From: Xanthobacteraceae bacterium | Lineage (GTDB): Bacteria > Pseudomonadota > Alphaproteobacteria > Rhizobiales > Xanthobacteraceae | Assembly (NCBI GenBank): GCA_050725815.1 | Contig: JBOHIG010000073.1 | Span: 1-58,697 of the forward strand | Length of the DNA stretch: 58,697 bases | Direction of reading: 5' to 3' | Shown here: one piece after another, positions 19,348 through 27,669 of the stretch | Position numbering within the stretch: the first letter of the stretch is position 1 | Layout: each line of letters opens with the position of its first letter | The notes under the pieces: generated by a model | The model's input: the letters and a program-made list of their open reading frames with translations, nothing else | What the model was told of the DNA's origin: nothing | Database searches by the model: none | Translations under genes and position numbers: made by a program

Positions 19348-20961
19348 CTACCGCCCCGTCCGCGCCAGCGAGTGCACCCAGCCCTGCATGCGCGACTTGG
19401 CGTTCTCGATGTCCTTCTTCGTGAAGAACTTCTCCGGCTTCACCTTGTCGATCGGATAGACCGGCCGCAGGAAGTCGCTCTCATAGCCGAACGGCACGGT
19501 GGTATCGATGCCCATGCCGCCCTCGAACTGGGTGTTGGATGCGGTCCACTGCTTGTCGCCCGCGGTCATGCGCTCGGCCGGCATGAAGGTCTGTCCGCGC
19601 CCGCCCGGGATCGGGTTCAGGATGTCGGTGCGCGGGTTCACCCGCGTCGTCAGGCACCACATGATGTCGTCCATGGAATAGGGATCGACATCCTCCGACA
19701 CGGCGATCGCGAGCCGCATGCCCTGCGAGCAGGACAGCGCGGCGGCGAGGAAGTTGCGCTGCCAGCCCTCGTCGATCTGGTGGCGCTTCTTCACCTGGAT
19801 GACACAGCCGCCCCAGTCGGTCATGCAATAGGGGATCACCACGTTCTGCACGATGCCGGGCTGCAGCCGCTCGCACAGCTCATAGATCGTCGCCTCGCGG
19901 ATTGTGGTGTCGATATTGTGGTCGTCGAGCGTATGGACGCCGAGCGCGAAGATGATCGGCTTGGTGGCCGGCTTGCGCATCGTTACCGCTGTGACGTGGA
20001 AGGTCGGCGCCTTGTAGGCCTTGCCCATATAGCCTGCCCATTCCGGATGGAAGTGGAAGCGGCCCTGCACGCCGGCGTCCTCCGATTCCCGGGTCTCGAA
20101 GCGGCGGTCGCGCGGATTGACGTAGCCTTCGAGCACAAGTTCCGCGTCCGCGAGCGCCATGGCGTTGACGGTGCGCGCCTTGACCAGCCGTACCGGAGAA
20201 CCCTGCACCGCGCCGGCGATACCGATCTCGTCGCAACCCATCGGCATGACGGCGTAGCCGAAGCCCGCGCCCGCGAGCAGCGTGCAGGCCGGCGGCACGC
20301 CGAAGCACATGGTGATCGGCACCGGCTCCTTCGCCTGGTAGTATTTGTTGACCACCTGCCACATGTGCGAGCCGGGCGAGATCTGGAACGTGCCGACATT
20401 GCCCCAGCGGAAGTTCATCCGGTTGTAGCCGAGGTCGGAACCGCCATCGAACTGGTCGCCGGTGACGCATCGGATGCCGGAGCCCACCGTCAGCTCGGGC
20501 TCGTAGGTGGTGTGGCGGATCGGAACGAGGTACTTGTTGACATCCTTCGGCTTGAGCACGACGTGCTCCTGGCACGGCGCCTCGTCCTGCGAAATCTCCT
20601 CAGGCTTGAGCGGCCGGCGCAGCGCCTGCGCGAGCTTGCGCACGCGCTCGGCATCGCTCGACCAGCCGAACATCTTGTTGATGACGGCCATGTCGCCGAA
20701 CAGGTTGGTGAGCACGCGATGGTTGGGCTTGCCCTTGACCTTGTTGAACAGCACCGGACAACCGCCATCCATGTGCTTCTGCAAACCGGTGACCTCGAGG
20801 TCCGGATTGACCTCCTTGCTGGTCTCGATCAGGTCGCCCTGCGACTTCAACCAAGCAAGCGTCGAGCGCAGGTCGCGCGCGCGATTGGCGGGTCTTGAAC
20901 CTTTGCTCGCCTTCTTCGCCTTGGCCGCGAGCTGCTTGTCCTTGCGGATATGCCGTTGCAT
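19348..20961 (-). CDS. UbiD-family (de)carboxylase, divergent paralogue B
   Basis: 537 aa with overall UbiD-like layout. It has 'FHFHPEWAGYMG' where paralogue A has 'EGPFGEWTGYY' (by-eye alignment) and a basic N-terminal tail 'KDKQLAAKAKKASKGSRPANRAR'. Confidence 0.75.
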   Translation of the reverse strand: MQRHIRKDKQLAAKAKKASKGSRPANRARDLRSTLAWLKSQGDLIETSKEVNPDLEVTGLQKHMDGGCPVLFNKVKGKPNHRVLTNLFGDMAVINKMFGWSSDAERVRKLAQALRRPLKPEEISQDEAPCQEHVVLKPKDVNKYLVPIRHTTYEPELTVGSGIRCVTGDQFDGGSDLGYNRMNFRWGNVGTFQISPGSHMWQVVNKYYQAKEPVPITMCFGVPPACTLLAGAGFGYAVMPMGCDEIGIAGAVQGSPVRLVKARTVNAMALADAELVLEGYVNPRDRRFETRESEDAGVQGRFHFHPEWAGYMGKAYKAPTFHVTAVTMRKPATKPIIFALGVHTLDDHNIDTTIREATIYELCERLQPGIVQNVVIPYCMTDWGGCVIQVKKRHQIDEGWQRNFLAAALSCSQGMRLAIAVSEDVDPYSMDDIMWCLTTRVNPRTDILNPIPGGRGQTFMPAERMTAGDKQWTASNTQFEGGMGIDTTVPFGYESDFLRPVYPIDKVKPEKFFTKKDIENAKSRMQGWVHSLARTGR

Positions 20962-20984
20962 GGTGGTGACGCTCGTGTTGCGAT

Positions 20985-21002
20985 TACATAGATTTCTAAG
21001 TA
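20985..21002. promoter_or_regulatory. Candidate MarR operator: imperfect palindrome TACaTAGAttTCTAaGTA in the divergent UbiD-B/marR promoter region
   Basis: Read directly. It sits in an 87-nt AT-rich spacer between divergent starts 20961 and 21049. Confidence 0.4.
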
Positions 21003-21048
21003 TTATTATGCGACAAACGCCGAAACGCTGTCAATCGCGGTATTTTTC

Positions 21049-21540
21049 ATGCAACGAGAGAGCGCCGCAGGCCACGCCGACGCGCCTATCCGCCCCGACG
21101 GCGACGATCTTCCGCATCATCAGAGCGATGGCTATCTCGTGCGCGATGCCCATCGCGCGTACCAGCGCCTCCTGGAGAAGCGCATCGCGCCGCACGGCGT
21201 GACGCGCGGGCAATGGTACTTCCTGCGCGTGCTCTGGACCAAGGACGGGCTTTCGCAACGCGAGCTTTCGACACGCGTCGGCATGATGGAGCCGACCACC
21301 GTGATCGCGCTGCGCAGCATGGAGAAGGCCGGACTGGTCCGCCGCATACGCAGCAAGGATGACCGCCGCCGGACCCATGTGTGGCTGACCTCCAAGGCCA
21401 AGCGCATGCGCAGCCGCCTGCTCGCCATCGCGCGCGGGATCAACGATGCCTCCGAGCAGGGCATCGACCGGCGCGACATCGAGGCGCTGCGGCGCGTGCT
21501 CCCGCGCATGACCGCAAACCTCGACCGGATCAAGCGCTAA
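21049..21540 (+). CDS. MarR-family transcriptional regulator
   Basis: 'GVTRGQWYFLRVLWTKDGLSQRELSTRVGMMEPTTVIALRSMEKAGLVRRIRSKDDRRRTHVWLT' is a winged-HTH MarR signature. Confidence 0.9.
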   Translation: MQRESAAGHADAPIRPDGDDLPHHQSDGYLVRDAHRAYQRLLEKRIAPHGVTRGQWYFLRVLWTKDGLSQRELSTRVGMMEPTTVIALRSMEKAGLVRRIRSKDDRRRTHVWLTSKAKRMRSRLLAIARGINDASEQGIDRRDIEALRRVLPRMTANLDRIKR

Positions 21541-21549
21541 GGAGTCTCC

Positions 21550-21963
21550 ATGAAACCCAGCCTCCGGCCTGGTATCGCTTTCAGCAAGCGCATCACCGTC
21601 GACCTCGACCGCACCATCAGCTTCATGGGCGAGGATGCGCGGGTCTATGCCACGCCGCGGCTGGTCAGCGACGTCGAGTACACCTGCCGCGACCTGATCC
21701 TCCAGCACGCCGACACCGGCGAGGACTCCGTCGGCATGGAGATCGCGCTCAAGCATCTCGCGCCGACGCTTGCCGGCAGCACCGTGGAGGTCGCCGTCCG
21801 CGTCATCGCGGTCGACGGCCGCAAGGTCACGTTGGAGGCATCCGTTCGCGACGAGATCGACACCGTGAGCACGGGAACCCACGCCCGCTTCGTGGTCGAT
21901 GTCGCCAAGACCAAGGAGCGGCTGAAGGCCAAAGCCACGAAGCTCGCCGCCCACAAGGGATGA
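21550..21963 (+). CDS. Hotdog-fold thioesterase (FlK-like acyl-CoA thioesterase family)
   Basis: 137 aa. AGGAG overlaps the marR stop, 6 nt before the ATG. The family call is by-eye similarity to small hotdog thioesterases. Confidence 0.6.
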   Translation: MKPSLRPGIAFSKRITVDLDRTISFMGEDARVYATPRLVSDVEYTCRDLILQHADTGEDSVGMEIALKHLAPTLAGSTVEVAVRVIAVDGRKVTLEASVRDEIDTVSTGTHARFVVDVAKTKERLKAKATKLAAHKG

Positions 21964-22042
21964 CGAGGCCGGCTCCACACGCCGTCAACGCTGTTCCCCT
22001 CCCCGCGTTGTCATCGCGCGGCAACCGCCCTATACGAGCGGC

Positions 22043-22645
22043 ATGGCCGAGGAACAGCTCATCGTCGTCGACGAGCGCAACCGCGCCGTCGGCTTTGGCG
22101 GCAAGACCCCGGTGCACCGCGCCGGGCTCCTTCACCGTGCCTTCTCCATCTTCCTGGTGGACGACAAAGGTCGCATCCTGCTGCAACGGCGCAGCCGCCG
22201 GAAATATCACTCCGGCGGCTTGTGGGCCAACTCCTGCTGCGGCCATCCGCGCCCGGGCGAGCAGACCTTGCCTGCGGCGCGCCGCCGTCTGCGTGAGGAA
22301 CTTGGCGCCGAAGGACCGCTGTCGTTCGGATTCTTCAGCCGCTACCGCGCCGAGCTCGACGGCGGCATGCAGGAGAACGAGTTCGTCTACGTGTATTTCG
22401 GCCCACTGTCGTCGTCGCTCGCGCCCGATCCCACCGAGGTGTCTGACGTCGAGTTCGTCAGCGTCGACGATCTGAGGCGCCGCGTCGCACGGGAGCCTGA
22501 TGCGTTTGCGTATTGGCTCAAGCACTATTTACGCAATCATCTCCCCGACATTGCGCAACTGTCTAAGCGCGCGGCGCGCAAGGCGCTGCCGGCCGCCGAC
22601 GCCGACCGCTACGAACGCAGCAAGACCGTAGCCGCACGGCGATGA
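22043..22645 (+). CDS. idi: Isopentenyl-diphosphate delta-isomerase, type 1 (Nudix)
   Basis: 'LHRAFSIFLVDDKGRILLQRRSRRKYHSGGLWANSCCGHP...ENEFVYVY'. Confidence 0.9.
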   Translation: MAEEQLIVVDERNRAVGFGGKTPVHRAGLLHRAFSIFLVDDKGRILLQRRSRRKYHSGGLWANSCCGHPRPGEQTLPAARRRLREELGAEGPLSFGFFSRYRAELDGGMQENEFVYVYFGPLSSSLAPDPTEVSDVEFVSVDDLRRRVAREPDAFAYWLKHYLRNHLPDIAQLSKRAARKALPAADADRYERSKTVAARR

Positions 22646-22688
22646 CGGTCCCTGTTCGGGCGTCTTCGCCGCCGGAACCGGAGTCAAC

Positions 22689-23696
22689 TTACTTCCGCTT
22701 GATGAACCCGTTGAGCTTGACCAGCGTCGACTTCGGCACCTTGGCGACGTCGGTCAATATCTTCTGCACCTCATCGCCATAGACCGGGTCGACCTCACGC
22801 CGCGACTTCTTCATCTCCGCAAGGTAGTCGCGGTCCTTCATGGTCGCTGCAAATCCTGCGCGCAAAATCTTGACCAGTTCGGGGGGCAAGCCGGGTGGCG
22901 CCACCACCGGGCGCCCCACCGTGCCGACCGCCGTCATGACGGTCCACATCGCCTTGTACTCTGGATCCTTCACGAACTCCGTGACCATCGGCACGTTCGG
23001 CAAATCGGCATGCTTCGCCCGGCCGACCTGCACGATGACGTTGACCAGCTTGTCGCGCAGCCAATGCAGCTTACCAGCCTTCAGCGATCCCCACGAGCCG
23101 GCCACGCCTTCGACCTCGCCGCGCTCCATGGCGAGCATGACATCGGTGTTCGACTTGTAGCCGCTGGAGACCTTGAACTTCGTCCCGATGGTGTTGTTCA
23201 TCAGCGAAGTATGGGTCTCGCTGTCGTTGGGGCCGCTGCCGCCCATCACCGCGCCGATCGTCATCGCGTCGTTGATGGTCTTCACCCTGGACGCATGCCA
23301 CATGGTGACGACGCTGGTCTCGTCATTGAAGCTGCCGAGCCAATTGAAATCGGCCGGCACGAACTTCGCGCGCTTCTCGCCGAAGAACGGATGGAACGGC
23401 ACGCCGCGCTGGATCACGCCAAAGACAAGCCCGTCCTTGGGCGCCACGTTGAAAAGCCAGTTGGTCGCGACCGTCCCGCCGGCTCCGGGCATGTTCTGCA
23501 CCACGATCGTGGGCTCGCCGGGGATGTGCTTCTTCAGGTATTGGGCGAAGGTACGCGCATAGGCGTCGTAACCGCCGCCTGGCGCGGAGGAGACCACCAG
23601 CCGGATGGTCTTGCCGGCATAGAAGTCGGCCGCCATCGCGGCGCCGGCGATGCCAGTGGCTGCAAGGGTGGTGAGAACCGCGATCAGTTTCCGCAT
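22689..23696 (-). CDS. Bug/TctC-family periplasmic solute-binding protein (orphan)
   Basis: The real start is the internal ATG at 23696 ('MRKLIAVLTTLAATGIAGAAMAADFYAGKTIRLVVSSAPGGGYD...VVQNMPGAGG'). The track ORF extends to 24362 through antisense of the MFS gene. Confidence 0.85.
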   Translation of the reverse strand: MRKLIAVLTTLAATGIAGAAMAADFYAGKTIRLVVSSAPGGGYDAYARTFAQYLKKHIPGEPTIVVQNMPGAGGTVATNWLFNVAPKDGLVFGVIQRGVPFHPFFGEKRAKFVPADFNWLGSFNDETSVVTMWHASRVKTINDAMTIGAVMGGSGPNDSETHTSLMNNTIGTKFKVSSGYKSNTDVMLAMERGEVEGVAGSWGSLKAGKLHWLRDKLVNVIVQVGRAKHADLPNVPMVTEFVKDPEYKAMWTVMTAVGTVGRPVVAPPGLPPELVKILRAGFAATMKDRDYLAEMKKSRREVDPVYGDEVQKILTDVAKVPKSTLVKLNGFIKRK

Positions 23697-23858
23697 GTCA
23701 GCCTCCAGAAGTCCGACACCGAGTTGACAACAGCCCGTGACGGTACGAAACGAGTTGTTTCGGCACAAGACCGTCGATCCCGCGGGGCGCCAGCCGCAAC
23801 GTCGCAGGATAGGACGCGCCGCGCAGGAGTGGCGACAGCACGATGACGCGGCCGGACG

Positions 23859-25184
23859 GTGAGCTTCGTGACTGAACGGCACCCCCAAGCCACGGACGCC
23901 GGCACGACGCCGATCGAGGATCAGCCCATCGACCCCGCGACGCCTTTGTTCCGCGTCCGCTCCTTCCGGCTGCTGTTCATCACCCGCGTCGCGTCCACCA
24001 CCGCTTTCCAGATGGTCGCCGTCATCGTCGGCTGGCACGTCTACGAGCTGACCAACAGCGCGCTCCATCTCGGCCTGATCGGGCTGGCGCAGTTCCTCCC
24101 GCAGTTCTTCCTGATGCTGCCGGCGGGCCAGATCGCCGACCGGCTCAACCGCCGCTACGTGCTGTGGTTCTGCTACGCGATCGCGTTTGCCTCCTGCGCC
24201 GGGCTGATGCTGGTCGCAGCGCATCCCTCGCCCAGCCTGGTCGCCATCTATCTCCTGGTCGCGCTGAACATGGTCGCGCGCACCTTCGAGCAGCCCGTCA
24301 TGCAGGCGATGCTGCCGCTGATGGCGCCGCGGGCGATCCTCCATCGCGCGATCGCGGCGCACATCTCGGCGCGTCAGCTCTCGGTGCTGATCGGGCCGAC
24401 GCTCGGCGGCGTGCTCTACGTATTCGGGCCGGTCTTCGATTACGGAATCTGCACCGTACTCACGCTCGCGGCAGTGGTCGGCGCGTTCCTGTTGCCGGAT
24501 CCGGGCAAGCCGGCGAAGGCCGTCGCGCTGACCTGGGAGTCGGTTGCGGTCGGCTTCCGCTTCATCTGGCGGCGCGAGACGATCCTTGGCGCCATGCTGT
24601 TCGAGTTCACCGCCTCGCTGTTCGGCAGCGTGCAGGCGCTGCTGCCGCTCTATGCCCGCGATATCCTCGAGACCGGCGCCTGGGGCGCGGGCGTGCTGCG
24701 CAGCGCCACCGCGCTCGGTGCGCTACTGGCGGCCGTGGTGCTGGCGCGCTTCCCGGTCAAGCGTGCCGGCGGCCTGTGGCTGTTCGTGGGATTCGCGGTC
24801 TTCGGCGCGGCCACCATCGTATTCGGCATGTCGACCAATCTCGCGCTGTCGATCGCCGCGCTGACGCTTCTCGGCATGGGCGATTTGGTCACCACCGTGA
24901 TCCGCCAAACGCTGATCCAAATGCAGACTCCGGACGAGATGCGCGGCCGGGTGTTCTCCGTCAACTCGCTGTTCTACGGCTCGTCGCTCCAGATCGGCTC
25001 GTTCCGCGCCGGCATCATGGCCGAATGGTTCGGCGCCGTGGTCTCCGTCGTCATTGGCGGCGTCGCGGTGATGGGCGCGGTCGCCTTGTGGGCATGGTTG
25101 TTTCCAGCATTGCGCCGCGTGGACAATCCCGCTCTGGTGGACCAGCGCGATCCGCTCGGCGACAAGCGCCCGCCGCCTGCATGA
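23859..25184 (+). CDS. MFS transporter (EntS/MFS_3-like), copy 1
   Basis: 12-TM-like. 'FRLLFITRVASTTAFQMVAVIVGWHVYELT...LPAGQIADRLNRR'. GTG start; exact start uncertain. Confidence 0.8.
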   Translation: MSFVTERHPQATDAGTTPIEDQPIDPATPLFRVRSFRLLFITRVASTTAFQMVAVIVGWHVYELTNSALHLGLIGLAQFLPQFFLMLPAGQIADRLNRRYVLWFCYAIAFASCAGLMLVAAHPSPSLVAIYLLVALNMVARTFEQPVMQAMLPLMAPRAILHRAIAAHISARQLSVLIGPTLGGVLYVFGPVFDYGICTVLTLAAVVGAFLLPDPGKPAKAVALTWESVAVGFRFIWRRETILGAMLFEFTASLFGSVQALLPLYARDILETGAWGAGVLRSATALGALLAAVVLARFPVKRAGGLWLFVGFAVFGAATIVFGMSTNLALSIAALTLLGMGDLVTTVIRQTLIQMQTPDEMRGRVFSVNSLFYGSSLQIGSFRAGIMAEWFGAVVSVVIGGVAVMGAVALWAWLFPALRRVDNPALVDQRDPLGDKRPPPA

Positions 25185-26434
25185 ACGACCCCGCGCCGAC
25201 GCAGCCAGCCATAGGAGCAAAACCCGCGCTGTTCAGCCACCGGCCGTTCGTGCAGCTCTATGCACTGCGGCTGGGATCCAACACGTCGAACCAGATGCTG
25301 GCCGTGGTAGTCGGCTATCAGGTCTACGAGCTCACCGACAGCGCGTGGCATCTCGGACTGGTCGGCCTGATGCAATTCCTGCCGCCGCTCTTCCTGATGC
25401 TGCTGGCGGGTCAGATCGCCGACCGCTTCAACCGCCGGATGATCCTCCGCTGCGCCTTTGCGGTCGAGATCGCTATGGCGATCGGCCTTATGCTGTTGAC
25501 GTTGCAGCCGCAGCCGAGCGTCGAGACGATCTATCTGCTGCTGCTCGTCAACGCCGGCGCGCGCACCTTCGAACAGCCGGTGACGCAAGCGATCCTGCCG
25601 GCGGTGATCCCGCGTGCGCTGCTGAGCCGCGCGGTCCCGACCATCGTGTTCGCCAACCGGATGGCGAACCTGCTCGGCCCCGCCATCGGCGGCGGCCTCT
25701 ATCTGTTCGGCCCCGCCGCCGCCTACGCCGCCTGTGCGGCGCTGCTGGCAATCGCAGGCGTGATGAGCCTGGTGATGCCCGATGTGCCGATCGTGGGCGA
25801 GCGGCCGAAGGTCAACGTCGAGAGCCTGTTTGGCGGCTTCCGCTTCCTGTGGCGCTGCAAGCCGGTGCTGGGCGCGATGACGCTCGACCTGATGGCCGTG
25901 CTGTTCGGCGCAGTGACGGCGCTGCTGCCGATCTTCGCTCGCGACATCCTCGAGATCGGGCCGGCCGGCGCCGGCATCCTGCGCAGTTCGCAAGCCGTGG
26001 GCGCGCTGCTCGTCGCCGGCGTATTGGCGCGCTTCCCGATCGTGCGCAACGGCGGCGCCGCGGTGCTGCTCGGCTTCGCCGCCTACGGCGTCGGCACGGT
26101 CGTGTTCGGGGTGTCGGAGATCGTCCTGCTTTCCGTCCTGGCGCTAATGGTGGTGGGCGCGGGCGACATGGTGTCGTCGATCATTCGACAGACGGTCGTG
26201 CAGATCACCACGCCGGACGCAATGCGCGGCCGTGTGTTCGCGGTCAACGCGCTATTCGTCGGCTCCTCGGCACAGCTCGGCGGCTTTACCTCCGGCACGA
26301 TGGCTGCGCTGATTGGCGCAGTCCCGGCGGTTGCGGTGGGCGGTTGCGCGGTGGTCGCAACTGTCGCACTGTGGGCTTGGCTGTTTCCGTCACTGCGCCG
26401 CATGGACCGGGCGGATGAGCCGCAGCCATACTAA
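25181..26434 (+). CDS. MFS transporter (EntS/MFS_3-like), copy 2 (tandem paralogue)
   Basis: ATG 25181 overlaps the copy-1 stop (ATGA). 'NQMLAVVVGYQVYELT...LAGQIADRFNRR'. The track merges it into the frame-shadow ORF 24164..26434. Confidence 0.85.
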   Translation: MNDPAPTQPAIGAKPALFSHRPFVQLYALRLGSNTSNQMLAVVVGYQVYELTDSAWHLGLVGLMQFLPPLFLMLLAGQIADRFNRRMILRCAFAVEIAMAIGLMLLTLQPQPSVETIYLLLLVNAGARTFEQPVTQAILPAVIPRALLSRAVPTIVFANRMANLLGPAIGGGLYLFGPAAAYAACAALLAIAGVMSLVMPDVPIVGERPKVNVESLFGGFRFLWRCKPVLGAMTLDLMAVLFGAVTALLPIFARDILEIGPAGAGILRSSQAVGALLVAGVLARFPIVRNGGAAVLLGFAAYGVGTVVFGVSEIVLLSVLALMVVGAGDMVSSIIRQTVVQITTPDAMRGRVFAVNALFVGSSAQLGGFTSGTMAALIGAVPAVAVGGCAVVATVALWAWLFPSLRRMDRADEPQPY

Positions 26435-26453
26435 CAACAACACGGATGGAACG

Positions 26454-27491
26454 ATGAAGCGCTCACTGGTCAGGCTCGCTACCGCCGCCTTCGTTGCTCT
26501 CGCGATCCTGCCCGCTCATGCCCAGGGCGACGTCGCGGCCTTCTACAAGGGCAAGACCGTCCAGCTCCGCGTCGGCTCGGCCGCCGGCGGCGGCTACGAT
26601 CTGATCGCCCGCACCATCGCGCGCCACATGGGCCGGCACATTCCCGGACAGCCGGCCATCGCGGTGCAGAACGTCACCGGCGGCGGCGGCCTCAAGCTGC
26701 TCAACGACCTCTATACGATCGCGCCGAAGGACGGCAGCGTGATCGGCGCCGGAATTTCGGGCACGCCGACCGGCGCGCTGCTCACACCCGGCGTCACACG
26801 TTTCGATCCGCGCAATTTCGCCTGGCTCGGTAGCGCCGGCACCGAAACCTTCCTCGTCGTCATCATCGACAAGGCGCCGGTGCAGAAGCTTGCGGACCTG
26901 TTCAAACGGGAGCTGGTGGTCGGCGCATCGGCCTCCGGCAGCGCCTCGGTCGACTTCCCGACCGTGACCAACGCCATCCTCGGCACCAAGTTCAAGATCG
27001 TGAGCGGCTACAAGGCCGCCAGCGTGGTGGTCAAGATCGCGATGCCGGCCGGCGAGGTGGACGGCATTTCGGTCTACACGCTGAGCGGATTGCGTACGCA
27101 ACATGCGCGCGAATACAAGGAAGGAAAGTTCAGGATCCTGCTGCAATGGGGATTGCAGAAGAACGCCGATATCCCACACGTGCCGCTAATGCCGCTCGGC
27201 AAGACCAAAGAGGACTATCAGTTGTTCGAGCTGCTTTACGCCCGCGGCAACTACGGCCGCCCCTACATGTTGCCGCCGGGCGTGCCGCCGGCGCGCGTGG
27301 CCGCGCTGCGTAAGGCGTTCGAGGCGGTGTTCAAGGATGCGGCATTCGTGGCTGAAGCCAAGAAGCAGAGGCTCGAGGTGGCCTATATCAGCGCCGCCGA
27401 GATCGCCGCGCTGACCGAGCGCGTGATGGCGACGCCAAAGCCGGTGGTCGCGCGCATCCAGAAGCTGCTCCCCGGCGGCGGAACGCGATAG
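26454..27491 (+). CDS. Bug/TctC-family periplasmic solute-binding protein, 19 nt downstream of MFS copy 2
   Basis: 'MKRSLVRLATAAFVALAILPAHAQGDVAAFYKGKTVQLRVGSAAGGGYD...VQNVTGGGG'. Internal ATG of track ORF 26313..27491. Confidence 0.85.
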   Translation: MKRSLVRLATAAFVALAILPAHAQGDVAAFYKGKTVQLRVGSAAGGGYDLIARTIARHMGRHIPGQPAIAVQNVTGGGGLKLLNDLYTIAPKDGSVIGAGISGTPTGALLTPGVTRFDPRNFAWLGSAGTETFLVVIIDKAPVQKLADLFKRELVVGASASGSASVDFPTVTNAILGTKFKIVSGYKAASVVVKIAMPAGEVDGISVYTLSGLRTQHAREYKEGKFRILLQWGLQKNADIPHVPLMPLGKTKEDYQLFELLYARGNYGRPYMLPPGVPPARVAALRKAFEAVFKDAAFVAEAKKQRLEVAYISAAEIAALTERVMATPKPVVARIQKLLPGGGTR

Positions 27492-27526
27492 TTGAATCTT
27501 GCGAGAGCGAGGCTTGCGCATGCGGG

Positions 27527-27618
27527 CTCCCTCTCCCAGTCGAAGTCGGATATATCCGACTTCGACCACTCTATGACACCGAACTCGGGTAAACCCGAGT
27601 TCGGATGGGGAGAGGGAG
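27527..27618. repeat. Composite REP-like element: outer stem ctccctctccc/gggagagggag enclosing two perfect hairpins (27539-27566; 27579-27604)
   Basis: gtcgaagtcggata|tatccgacttcgac and ccgaactcggg-taaa-cccgagttcgg read directly. Confidence 0.8.
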
Positions 27619-27669
27619 TCCACCGAATTCGCCGCGCGTTTGTACATAAACAAGGACGCAATCGAAAAA

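Noticed and set aside
23697-24362. Upstream extensions of Bug-gene ORFs (22689..24362; also 45271..46551, 26313..27491, 53593..54345)
   Set aside because: The signal peptides begin at internal ATGs. The extensions run through antisense or repeat DNA and have no protein-like features.
24164-25180. N-terminal 339 codons of track ORF 24164..26434 (756 aa)
   Set aside because: This is an out-of-frame read-through of MFS copy 1 with Arg/Gly/Ala-rich translation. The real MFS copy 2 starts at ATG 25181, where hydrophobic TM-like sequence begins.
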